From NCBI GenBank assembly GCA_024280615.1, contig JAJRPU010000239.1, forward strand, positions 1 to 32,793: DNA of 32,793 nt, given 5' to 3'. Below are positions 9,960 to 17,240 of this stretch, one piece after another. The DNA is from Bacteroidota bacterium. GTDB lineage: Bacteria; Bacteroidota; Bacteroidia; JAADEI01. How positions within the stretch are numbered: position 1 is the first letter of the stretch; each line of letters begins with the position of its first letter. Both the position numbers and the translations under genes were made by a program. The notes under the pieces were generated by a model. That model worked only from the letters and a program-made list of their open reading frames with translations. It had not been told where the DNA came from and did no database searches.

Positions 9960-10404
9960 TTGATTTTGCCATTACCTCTTCGGCGAGTTTAGCCAGTTCA
10001 TCAGCAGGAATGTTAAGGGCTTGTTCATATCTGTCTGGTGACCAAACTTCTATTTGTCCGAAGTGTGCAAACAGAACTGCTTCATTTGTTATGCCTGCAT
10101 AATCAAGCAAATGTTTGGGAATAAGGATTCTCTGCATTTTGTCTGGTTGAACAACCGTTGCTCCACGAAAGAAATTCCTAATAAACATGCGATGTTTCTG
10201 AGAGAAGGGATTAGTGTTTTCTTTGATTTGTTGGACAAGTCTGTTCCATTCGTCATAAGGATATACAGTCAAACATTGTTCAAAACCTCTGTTAACGACG
10301 AAGCGAGGGTCTGCACCCTCTGGAAGTTGGCGTAACAGAGCCACAGGAAGGGTAAGACGACCCTTAGAATCCAACTTAACCCTATATTCTCCTATCAAGT
10401 TCAC
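9943..10404 (-). CDS. mraZ: Transcriptional regulator MraZ
   Basis: It has two SpoVT/AbrB-like halves (KLDSKGRLTLP and PDKMQRILIP). The ORF track starts at a TTG at 10428. I prefer the GTG at 10404 (MNLIGEYRVKLDSKGRL), which matches typical MraZ N-termini. A perfect -7 box at 10431..10438 would also put the transcription start inside the TTG codon. Confidence 0.88.
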   Translation of the reverse strand: MNLIGEYRVKLDSKGRLTLPVALLRQLPEGADPRFVVNRGFEQCLTVYPYDEWNRLVQQIKENTNPFSQKHRMFIRNFFRGATVVQPDKMQRILIPKHLLDYAGITNEAVLFAHFGQIEVWSPDRYEQALNIPADELAKLAEEVMAKSNEDGT

Positions 10405-10430
10405 GGTATAATAATTTTCCTGTGGCAATA

Positions 10431-10438
10431 CAAAGATA
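10431..10438 (-). promoter_or_regulatory. Putative Bacteroidota-type -7 promoter box TATCTTTG for the dcw operon
   Basis: The minus strand reads TATCTTTG, an exact match to the TAnnTTTG consensus. It lies just downstream of the GTGGT repeats and ~27 nt upstream of the GTG at 10404. No clear -33 TTTG at the canonical distance. Confidence 0.4.
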
Positions 10439-10448
10439 AGGCATTTTT

Positions 10449-10483
10449 ACCACATGTTACCACAATATACCACAATATACCAC
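10449..10483 (-). promoter_or_regulatory. Array of four GTGGT direct repeats at exact 10-bp spacing (putative MraZ boxes)
   Basis: The plus strand has ACCAC at 10449, 10459, 10469 and 10479. The minus strand reads GTGGTATATTGTGGTATATTGTGGTAACATGTGGT. It lies directly upstream of mraZ. Confidence 0.7.
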
Positions 10484-10496
10484 CAACCTATCTAAC

Positions 10497-11510
10497 TCAC
10501 TGATTCACAAAGACATTTGTGCTTCTTAATGACCATGCATCCTTCCTAACCTCTTTTTTGTAGCGTTCCATCTTAATGCTCAGAGTTAGCTTGTTGTGAG
10601 CCGTGTCTACGGCTACCCTCCATCTCCCTTTGCTTTTGAGAATTGTAGCGGAAGCATATCCCTGTTTGTGCAGTTTGTCAACGTGTTTCTGAGCGGAAGG
10701 GGAATCTGGATATGACCCAACAATGATGTAATAAACAAACTCTGGTTCTGTTAATGATTGTTGCTTGGATATCTGCTTAATTGCCTTTGCAGTGTCTTCA
10801 TTTAGGGGTTTTGAAGCGAGCGAGTCATGTTGCCCGATAGAGTCTGTATGTAAGGAATCTGATTTAAGTGCAAGGGAATCTGCGATAGAGTCTGCCACAA
10901 GCGAATCCATAATTGCATCAAGGGAATCTTCCATTTGCTGAAGCATAATGTTGATCATTGAATCCACGAATTCTGGGTTAAGGGAAGGCGAGTCAACTTT
11001 GGGCTTTTCAAAGCCAAGCAACACTTTCCAAGAAGTGTTATAATTCCTGAATTGCCAAGCAAGAAGTCCGACGAGGACAAGCAGAATCAGGAATAAAAAT
11101 GCTTTGAACCAAGGGAATCGTGAGCGAGTGGCTTTAACCACTGGCAACTCCTTAGCTTGGGGCAAGAACACTTGTTCAATGGTAATCAATGGGGTTTCCT
11201 GAACAAATTCAATATTTTTTCCTGTTTTTCGTAGACGTCCTATTGAGCCGACGGATATAGGTTCTTTATGAATTTGCTTAAGAACTTCGTTTATTTCCTG
11301 TTCAATTATTTTCTTAGCGGTTTCTACGCCGATGCCTCCCTTCGCCAACACCTTGATTAGCTCAGGGGAAGTTTCGACATTTGGGTCATAGTCAAATTGC
11401 ACGATAATTTGTCCGCCTTTCCGGACAGGTTGAAAGGAACCCAGTCCATTGATAGATACTGTCTTTTCTTGCTTCAATAAAAATTCCAGTGCAGTAAATG
11501 TTACTTTCAT
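10497..11510 (-). CDS. Membrane-anchored protein with N-terminal HU-CCDC81-like domains and a C-terminal SPOR (septal peptidoglycan-binding) domain
   Basis: The N-terminus has two HU-like halves (TVSINGLGSFQPV and ISVGSIGRLRKTGKNIEF). A single TM (FPWFKAFLFLILLVLVGLLAWQF) follows KATRSR, then an acidic DS[LI]-repeat linker. The SPOR-like C-terminus reads YYIIVGSYPDSPSAQKHVDKLHKQGYASATILKSKGRWRVAV. The ORF track starts at 11537. I prefer the ATG at 11510 (MKVTFTALEF), 1 nt after the upstream stop. Confidence 0.75.
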   Translation of the reverse strand: MKVTFTALEFLLKQEKTVSINGLGSFQPVRKGGQIIVQFDYDPNVETSPELIKVLAKGGIGVETAKKIIEQEINEVLKQIHKEPISVGSIGRLRKTGKNIEFVQETPLITIEQVFLPQAKELPVVKATRSRFPWFKAFLFLILLVLVGLLAWQFRNYNTSWKVLLGFEKPKVDSPSLNPEFVDSMINIMLQQMEDSLDAIMDSLVADSIADSLALKSDSLHTDSIGQHDSLASKPLNEDTAKAIKQISKQQSLTEPEFVYYIIVGSYPDSPSAQKHVDKLHKQGYASATILKSKGRWRVAVDTAHNKLTLSIKMERYKKEVRKDAWSLRSTNVFVNQ

Positions 11511-11511
11511 A

Positions 11512-13152
11512 TCAGAAAGATAAGGCAAGTCCACCAATCACTCGCGTTCCAAATGCCTTGAAGGGATACCAAGTGTAATACTTGCCATAGATAAAGTTTT
11601 CCAGTTTCAGATATATGCCACCATTCTCAAAGACTTTGATATCTGCTTTAAAAAGTGAAGTGAATGCAATTGGGTCAATTATTAGTTTCCCAGCGGGGTC
11701 GTAACCGAGATAGCGTTGTCCGAGGACTTTCAACTCAGTGGAAATGGCGAGCCATTGAGGAATTGGCTCCGTGGAAGCGAGGAACGAAACTGTCCATCTG
11801 GGATGAGAGAAGGGCAGTGTGTCACTCATACGATAGTCAAAATACTCACCTTTGATTTCAAAGTAGTTATATGAAGTCCATTGATAGGTTGCTTTGACGG
11901 CGAAGTTTAGCACGTCTGATTTTGAGTCATATATAATTTTTTGCTTTAATTGGTTGTCCACATAAGTCCAGTGCCATGTTCGGAAATTTCTGTATCGTCT
12001 GAAAGTGAATGTTCCTTCCAGTTTGAGTGCGTCCAATGGGAAGAATCTGAGTGAAGCGATGCTTGTGATGTAATCGGTTGGTTTAAGGGACATGTTGATG
12101 TCAAAATAGGGGTTTTCAAGGAAGAGGTCTTCCAGAGCGTTTGGTTCAACGGCACCGCCGAAATAGGCATAGTAAGAAAGCCGGTCGTTAATAAGGATTT
12201 GTTCGCTATAAATGTCAGGGATTAGATATACCGTGTCACCAATCACTGGTTTTATTCCCACGTGCAGAATGATGCCCTTTCTTCCTCTGAATTCGTAGTA
12301 TGGATTGATTTGCCAAAATACTCTCTGTTGTCTTGGGACACCGACTAGGAAATCAAAGTATGTTCCCAAGCCGAAGTAGTGTCCTTTATTGATGTGTCTA
12401 ATTCCACGGGCACCGAGTTGAGCCCTGAACTCTGTTTTCTGAGAAGCAAACAGGCTTATTCTGGCGGGCATCTGCAGGGTTGTCCAAGAAAGTGGGATTG
12501 AAGCTCTTGCCGAGGCGTCCCACCTGTGCACTAACGGTCGCTTGACGAATTGGGATGTTTGGATTGTGTCACCCAGGGCTTTAATGAAAGTTGTGTCGTA
12601 GGGATATGGCACATAATGGGCTATGTAATTAGTTCGTGTCCACAGGTCAGCGGAAGCAAATAAGTTTTGGAAGTAGTGTCCGCCAGAGATTCTAAACTGA
12701 GTGTTTTTCTGTAAGGGATAATCTTTACCGGAGACGGAGGAGAGTGCTACTTCTGCAAACCAGTATTCATCACCTTTTCGGGGAGTTGCTATTCCAGCAA
12801 GGATTTCATAGGACGAGAGGTTTCCGAATCCAGCTAGAGCATAGAAAGTTTTTTCCTTGGGCAGTTTCTCACGGGGGGCACGCAACGGCGGTAAAGTATC
12901 TGGTCTGAAATCTATTTTCATATCATGTTCAGCCTGTCTGTATCGGGCATCTACCGGCGGGGGTTTTATAGGCGTTAATCTTGGACTGAACGATAGGCGT
13001 TTTGATTCAGCAACCCAAGGTCTGTATTCCTTTACTATGTCCACTTGAACACCTGGGATAGTATCTTCTTGTTGGGCATATATAGGGATAAGTAACGGCA
13101 AGAAAAAGCTAACCAACAGGTTTATTAACCAACTTTTCTGTTTAGCCTTCAT
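11512..13152 (-). CDS. Hypothetical secreted protein, predicted outer-membrane beta-barrel
   Basis: 546 aa with a signal peptide (MKAKQKSWLINLLVSFFLPLLIPIYAQQ) and a Pro-rich N-terminal segment. The rest is a long aromatic/Gly-rich region with alternating hydrophobicity and a C-terminal ...GGLALSF ending in Phe, an OMP-like signature. I recognise no named family. Confidence 0.6.
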   Translation of the reverse strand: MKAKQKSWLINLLVSFFLPLLIPIYAQQEDTIPGVQVDIVKEYRPWVAESKRLSFSPRLTPIKPPPVDARYRQAEHDMKIDFRPDTLPPLRAPREKLPKEKTFYALAGFGNLSSYEILAGIATPRKGDEYWFAEVALSSVSGKDYPLQKNTQFRISGGHYFQNLFASADLWTRTNYIAHYVPYPYDTTFIKALGDTIQTSQFVKRPLVHRWDASARASIPLSWTTLQMPARISLFASQKTEFRAQLGARGIRHINKGHYFGLGTYFDFLVGVPRQQRVFWQINPYYEFRGRKGIILHVGIKPVIGDTVYLIPDIYSEQILINDRLSYYAYFGGAVEPNALEDLFLENPYFDINMSLKPTDYITSIASLRFFPLDALKLEGTFTFRRYRNFRTWHWTYVDNQLKQKIIYDSKSDVLNFAVKATYQWTSYNYFEIKGEYFDYRMSDTLPFSHPRWTVSFLASTEPIPQWLAISTELKVLGQRYLGYDPAGKLIIDPIAFTSLFKADIKVFENGGIYLKLENFIYGKYYTWYPFKAFGTRVIGGLALSF

Positions 13153-16100
13153 CTATGGGTATTTCCGTTTCCTGTTCAATGTTTTGTTGTTCCTGTTGTT
13201 CAATTTGTTGGAGGTAGAAGCGAGCCTCTTGCTTGAGGTCTTCGCCGGGATAGTTATCAATAATGCTTTGCAGGGTTGCCTTAGCTTGCGGGATGTTGCC
13301 CTGTTCGGCAAAGATTCTTCCCAGTAGTATGAACGACTTGGCTATCCAGTAGTCGCTTGCCGGAACGTGGTTGATTAATTCATAGGCTTTGTCGTATGCT
13401 TCATCTAATTCACCTTTTCGGAACAGAATTTCTGCAATCATATATCTGGCTTCAATGCCGGGTTCCATCTCTGTCTGGTCAGCAACAAATTGATAGTAGT
13501 AAAGGGCACTGTCCAATTCATCTTTATGCATAAATGATTTAGCGAGCACGTAGGAAGCAAGGACTTTATCGTCTGAAATGGCAGCGGAATGTTTAAGAAG
13601 GGTTCTGGCGACAAGTATCGCCGAATCAGGATTGTGATTTATTGGGGCTACTTCCACTGCTTTCCTTAACAACTGCATAAACTTCTCTTCATCAGAAGCC
13701 ACTGAGAGGGCATTAACAAGGAGATGGAAGGCTTTCAATGAATCGCCGACACCCAAGGCAGCATCTGCAGCATTAATCAAACTGATTGAATAGTATGGAT
13801 TGGGGTTTCTGGATATAAGGAATTCATAATCTTTCAAAGCATCGCTATACCTGCCGAGTTTCCTAAGGCACTCAGCCCGATAGAACCGAGCAGTGAGGAA
13901 ATATCTGCCATTAGGGAATTGTTGTAGGTATCTATCAAGTGCGTCCACTGCTTGGTCGCATCTGTCTTGACTGACCAGCCAATCAGCCTGTTCAAACAAT
14001 AAACTTTCCTTGCTTGTGGTATCCATCTTTCCTTTGCCAGGAATTTTTTCAATGAATGCCATATATCCTTCAGGGTTATTCCAGTGGAAATAAATGTCTT
14101 TCACTATGGCGAGTGCGGGTTGTGCTTCCGGAGCATCAGGGAAATTAAGGAGTAGTTGTTCCATGTGATGGAGGGAAGAGTCGTAATTACCCAATTGATA
14201 GTAGATTAGCCCGAGATGAGCGAGGGCAGAAGGATATCTCTTATGAGAAGGATACTTAAGCACCTTATAGAAAAACTTTTTAGCGAGGGAATAGTTACCC
14301 ATGTCAAAGGCGTCTTTGGCGAGTTGATAGGCGGCTTCTGGAGCATAGGGGCTTTCCGGGTATTCATCCAATAGTCTGGTAAGAGCGTTAAATTTCTTTT
14401 CTGGCATATCTTCCTTTCCGGCAATGATGCCATATTGAAGGAGTGCGTAGTCTTTCGGTAGTGGTCCTTCCCGAACATAATTTTCAAATGTTTTCAATGC
14501 AGGCTTCCATTTCTTTTGAAGGAGGAGAACGTCGCCAAGCCTCAGCCACGCATCCCTTAAAACCTTCTGCTCATCGGACCCAAGGATTCTCTTTCTAAAC
14601 AGAGATACAGATTGCTCAAAATGGGACTCTGCACCCACCAGATTATCGTGTTCATAATAAGTGTATGCAATGTTGTAGTGGGCGTTTGCACGGGTTGCAG
14701 GGAAGGACAATGTGTCCTTGGTCAACTTAGCCAATTGGATAAAAGTTGTCCAGTAGTCCCTTGCCAGACTATAATTGTTTTGTTTATATGCCAGTTCGCC
14801 AAGCCAATAATAAGCCAGTGCTTTAAGCCTTATGTTAGTGGATTGAGTAAGGTTTTGTAAGAGGCGAGCTGCTTCCTTTTGTTTCCCTTCTGTGATAAGT
14901 TGCATAGCGTAATTAAAGGCAACTTGTTCATATATCCGTTCTAACTGAGGGTTCCCAGCTTTCACCTGTTCAAGAAGTGCAATAGCCTGTTGATAATCGC
15001 CAGTGTGTAGCAGAATAAGAGGCAGGAGCCGTTTTAATTCTGTCAGTTCCTTATAGTTTGGTTTAAGTGAATCAAGGTAATACGCCAAAACTTTGACTGC
15101 CTCGTTGTATTGTTTAAGATTAATGAGTGCTTGGAGAAGGTCATAAGAAGCGTCCTTAGCAATCTGTTTGTTTTGTCCTTTTTGTGCTTTGCGTAGCCAG
15201 ATAATCGCTTTTTCAGGTTGGTCAGTAGCTATGTAGCATTGTCCGATATAGTAAGCGGCATACTGAGCTATAGTGTCATTTTTATCAGTTACAGGACCCA
15301 GATATTCCTCTGCTTCCTTGCATTTTTTGGCTTTGTAGGCTAGGAATCCGGCAACGAGCGATTCATAGGGAGCCATCCGTTTAAGATATTTCACATATTC
15401 GGATAGATACACAAGTCCTGAATCGGGCTTATTGCTAAGCAGGTAGGCATAAGCGAGCAATCTGTTCGTTTCCCGTCTGAAGAGATGATGAATACCCTTT
15501 CGGTTCGCCAAGGGACGTGCATAAGATATGAATTCTGAAAAGTTCCGTTGTTTATAGCCTTGAATGAATTTTATCTGTCCTATGTAGAAGGGAACATATT
15601 TAGAAAGTCGTGGGTCATTATTAAGTTCTGAGAAGTAGTATAGTGCCTCTTTGTATTTGCCTTGCAAATAGGCTATATAGCCGAGGTAGAACGTTGCAAG
15701 AGGATAATACTCTTTGTTTGCAGGAAATTTCTCATATATGTGATATAGCCATTGCCAAGCGGAACCGAAGTTTTTGAGTTTAAAATAGGAATATCCCATT
15801 TTGAAATAGTATTCCGGCAAGAGGTCATAAGGGAGGAACCGAGGGTTGAGTTGTTCAAAATACCTAATTGCTTCTGCCCATTGTCTTTTGTAGTAATACA
15901 CGTCTCCGGCATAGAAATGTGCTGAGGCGTGCAACGGCGGGTCCTCTGAATAGGTTTGGGAGAAGTTGAGGAAGTCGGCTATAGTAATGGTTTGACTATG
16001 CCTAATGCTGTGTGCAGATTTTAACACGTCTCGTCTGTAAATAGGACAATATGGGGGAGGTTGTTCCAGTTCGCAGGGCTCAAGGACGAAAGGCATGTCC

Positions 16101-16225
16101 GCCAAATGGCGATAGAACACCTGCATTAATTCCCAAGATTCAATGTCATCAAAAGATGAGGGCAACCTATGTTGGGCAACCATTCCATAGATAATGAGCC
16201 ATAATATGAGCAAACGTAATTTCAT
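13142..16225 (-). CDS. Large secreted tetratricopeptide-repeat (TPR) protein
   Basis: 1027 aa with an N-terminal signal-like segment (MKLRLLILWLIIYGMVAQ) and no lipobox Cys. TPR-like helical repeats recur throughout (e.g. AEAIRYFEQL, YKEALYYFSEL, YNEAVKVLAYY, GNIPQAKATLQSII), and the tail is acidic. Overlaps the downstream barrel gene by 11 nt. Confidence 0.85.
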   Translation of the reverse strand: MKLRLLILWLIIYGMVAQHRLPSSFDDIESWELMQVFYRHLADMPFVLEPCELEQPPPYCPIYRRDVLKSAHSIRHSQTITIADFLNFSQTYSEDPPLHASAHFYAGDVYYYKRQWAEAIRYFEQLNPRFLPYDLLPEYYFKMGYSYFKLKNFGSAWQWLYHIYEKFPANKEYYPLATFYLGYIAYLQGKYKEALYYFSELNNDPRLSKYVPFYIGQIKFIQGYKQRNFSEFISYARPLANRKGIHHLFRRETNRLLAYAYLLSNKPDSGLVYLSEYVKYLKRMAPYESLVAGFLAYKAKKCKEAEEYLGPVTDKNDTIAQYAAYYIGQCYIATDQPEKAIIWLRKAQKGQNKQIAKDASYDLLQALINLKQYNEAVKVLAYYLDSLKPNYKELTELKRLLPLILLHTGDYQQAIALLEQVKAGNPQLERIYEQVAFNYAMQLITEGKQKEAARLLQNLTQSTNIRLKALAYYWLGELAYKQNNYSLARDYWTTFIQLAKLTKDTLSFPATRANAHYNIAYTYYEHDNLVGAESHFEQSVSLFRKRILGSDEQKVLRDAWLRLGDVLLLQKKWKPALKTFENYVREGPLPKDYALLQYGIIAGKEDMPEKKFNALTRLLDEYPESPYAPEAAYQLAKDAFDMGNYSLAKKFFYKVLKYPSHKRYPSALAHLGLIYYQLGNYDSSLHHMEQLLLNFPDAPEAQPALAIVKDIYFHWNNPEGYMAFIEKIPGKGKMDTTSKESLLFEQADWLVSQDRCDQAVDALDRYLQQFPNGRYFLTARFYRAECLRKLGRYSDALKDYEFLISRNPNPYYSISLINAADAALGVGDSLKAFHLLVNALSVASDEEKFMQLLRKAVEVAPINHNPDSAILVARTLLKHSAAISDDKVLASYVLAKSFMHKDELDSALYYYQFVADQTEMEPGIEARYMIAEILFRKGELDEAYDKAYELINHVPASDYWIAKSFILLGRIFAEQGNIPQAKATLQSIIDNYPGEDLKQEARFYLQQIEQQEQQNIEQETEIPIDEG

Positions 16226-16285
16226 ATTACGAAATTAAGTAAGAATGTTTAGCGTGGATTTTGCATATTATAACGAAAAACCTAC

Positions 16286-16522
16286 TTACTTGTTATCAGA
16301 ATTCTTAGTTTCCTTATTTCTATGAGCTATCCTTTTCTTGAGTTCATATTCACGCTGGAAGGAAGACACGAGGGAATCAATGTATTGTGCTTGGTCCTGC
16401 TCAAGGTATGCTTCATAATGTAGGGGTTGTTTCAATATCTGGCGTGCGTAGTATTCCATAAGTGCACGAACAAACGGTCTTATTCTTCGTCCTAACCTTC
16501 GGGATACAATAATACTCATCAT
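16286..16522 (-). CDS. Hypothetical small protein (78 aa)
   Basis: ATG-started ORF 60 nt upstream of, and co-oriented with, the TPR gene. It has a basic N-terminus (SRRLGRRIRPFVRA) and is predicted helical. I recognise no family. Confidence 0.4.
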   Translation of the reverse strand: MMSIIVSRRLGRRIRPFVRALMEYYARQILKQPLHYEAYLEQDQAQYIDSLVSSFQREYELKKRIAHRNKETKNSDNK

Positions 16523-16532
16523 TAGTAAAGAT

Positions 16533-16610
16533 ACGACATTTTGTTTTAGTGCAAACGGCTTGTGAAAGACAACAAAGTTGTGTTATACATAAAACTAAGT
16601 CAAAAGTCGT
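16533..16610. other. Long imperfect inverted repeat / hairpin in a divergent intergenic region
   Basis: ACGAC(16533-37)/GTCGT(16606-10), TTTTG(16539-43)/CAAAA(16601-05) and TTAGT(16546-50)/ACTAA(16594-98) pair, with one bulged A and a small internal loop. An inner ACAAC-AAA-GTTGT hairpin lies at ~16570-16582. Confidence 0.3.
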
Positions 16611-16646
16611 TTGGATAGTATATTAGCCACATAAAACAACAGAAGA

Positions 16647-16958
16647 ATGGAAAAGAAGCAAGAGATTCAACAACAGATAAACATTGAATTGCCCAAGGAA
16701 GTAGCAGAGGGAGTGTACGTAAACCTAGTTGTAGTTACTCATTCACACGCAGAATTCATATTTGATTTCATAACTATCATGCCGGGGGTTCCGCAAGCAC
16801 GAGTGCGGTCAAGACTCATTATGAGTCCTGCTCATGCTAAACGATTTTTACAAGTATTAAAAGAGAATGTAGCGAGGTATGAAGCAATGCACGGAGAAAT
16901 CCCAACTTCGGAACAGTTTTTGCCTGATTCATTCATGGGACCAAGTGGAAAGGCTTAA
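16647..16958 (+). CDS. DUF3467 domain-containing protein
   Basis: 103 aa. INIELPKEVAEGVYVNLVVVTHSHAEFIFDFITIMPGVPQARVRSRLIMSPAHAKRFLQVLKENV matches my memory of the conserved DUF3467 family common in Bacteroidota. Confidence 0.8.
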   Translation: MEKKQEIQQQINIELPKEVAEGVYVNLVVVTHSHAEFIFDFITIMPGVPQARVRSRLIMSPAHAKRFLQVLKENVARYEAMHGEIPTSEQFLPDSFMGPSGKA

Positions 16959-16985
16959 ATGATTAACCCTTAAAATTTGGAAGCA

Positions 16986-17198
16986 ATGAGGAGAGTGCTA
17001 ATTGGAATTGTTCTGGCTGCTGGCTTGACCGTTGGGGCATGTCAGAAATGTGCTCAATGCACTGCCGTGGACCAAAATGGGGAGGTAGTAGCACAGAATG
17101 ATATTTGTGGTAGTGACCAAGAGATTCAGGCATATGAGGAGGATTGCCAAGCACAATACAGTGGCGTAGGAGCCTATTGTTCCTGCCAATATCAATAA
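16986..17198 (+). CDS. Small Cys-rich putative lipoprotein
   Basis: The ATG at 16986 gives MRRVLIGIVLAAGLTVGAC with a lipobox-like VGAC. The ~52-aa mature part has six further Cys (CQKCAQC...C...C...CSC). The ORF-track start at 16977 is TTG. Confidence 0.55.
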   Translation: MRRVLIGIVLAAGLTVGACQKCAQCTAVDQNGEVVAQNDICGSDQEIQAYEEDCQAQYSGVGAYCSCQYQ

Positions 17199-17240
17199 TA
17201 AATTGTTGACTATTTTGTAATCTGAGTATTTAAGGACATA

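Noticed and set aside
10404-10428. Longest-ORF TTG starts from the ORF track: mraZ 10428, murG 1551, FAH 19803, kinase 23511 and the Cys-rich ORF 16977.
   Set aside because: In each case the extension begins with TTG. A downstream start (ATG, or GTG for mraZ) gives an N-terminus matching the family consensus or tighter gene junctions. For mraZ, a perfect -7 box would place the TSS inside the TTG codon.
13142-16225. The TPR protein as the T9SS component PorW/SprE.
   Set aside because: The size and TPR content are reminiscent of PorW/SprE. However, there is no lipoprotein Cys after the signal peptide, there are no other T9SS genes in the window, and I cannot verify homology without a search. 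I left it as a generic TPR protein.
16963-17195. Two minus-strand ORFs (63 and 65 aa) overlapping the Cys-rich lipoprotein gene.
   Set aside because: The plus-strand reading has a textbook signal peptide and lipobox and sits in a co-directional gene string. The antisense translations have no features. This is still a short region, so I kept the confidence in the plus-strand call moderate.
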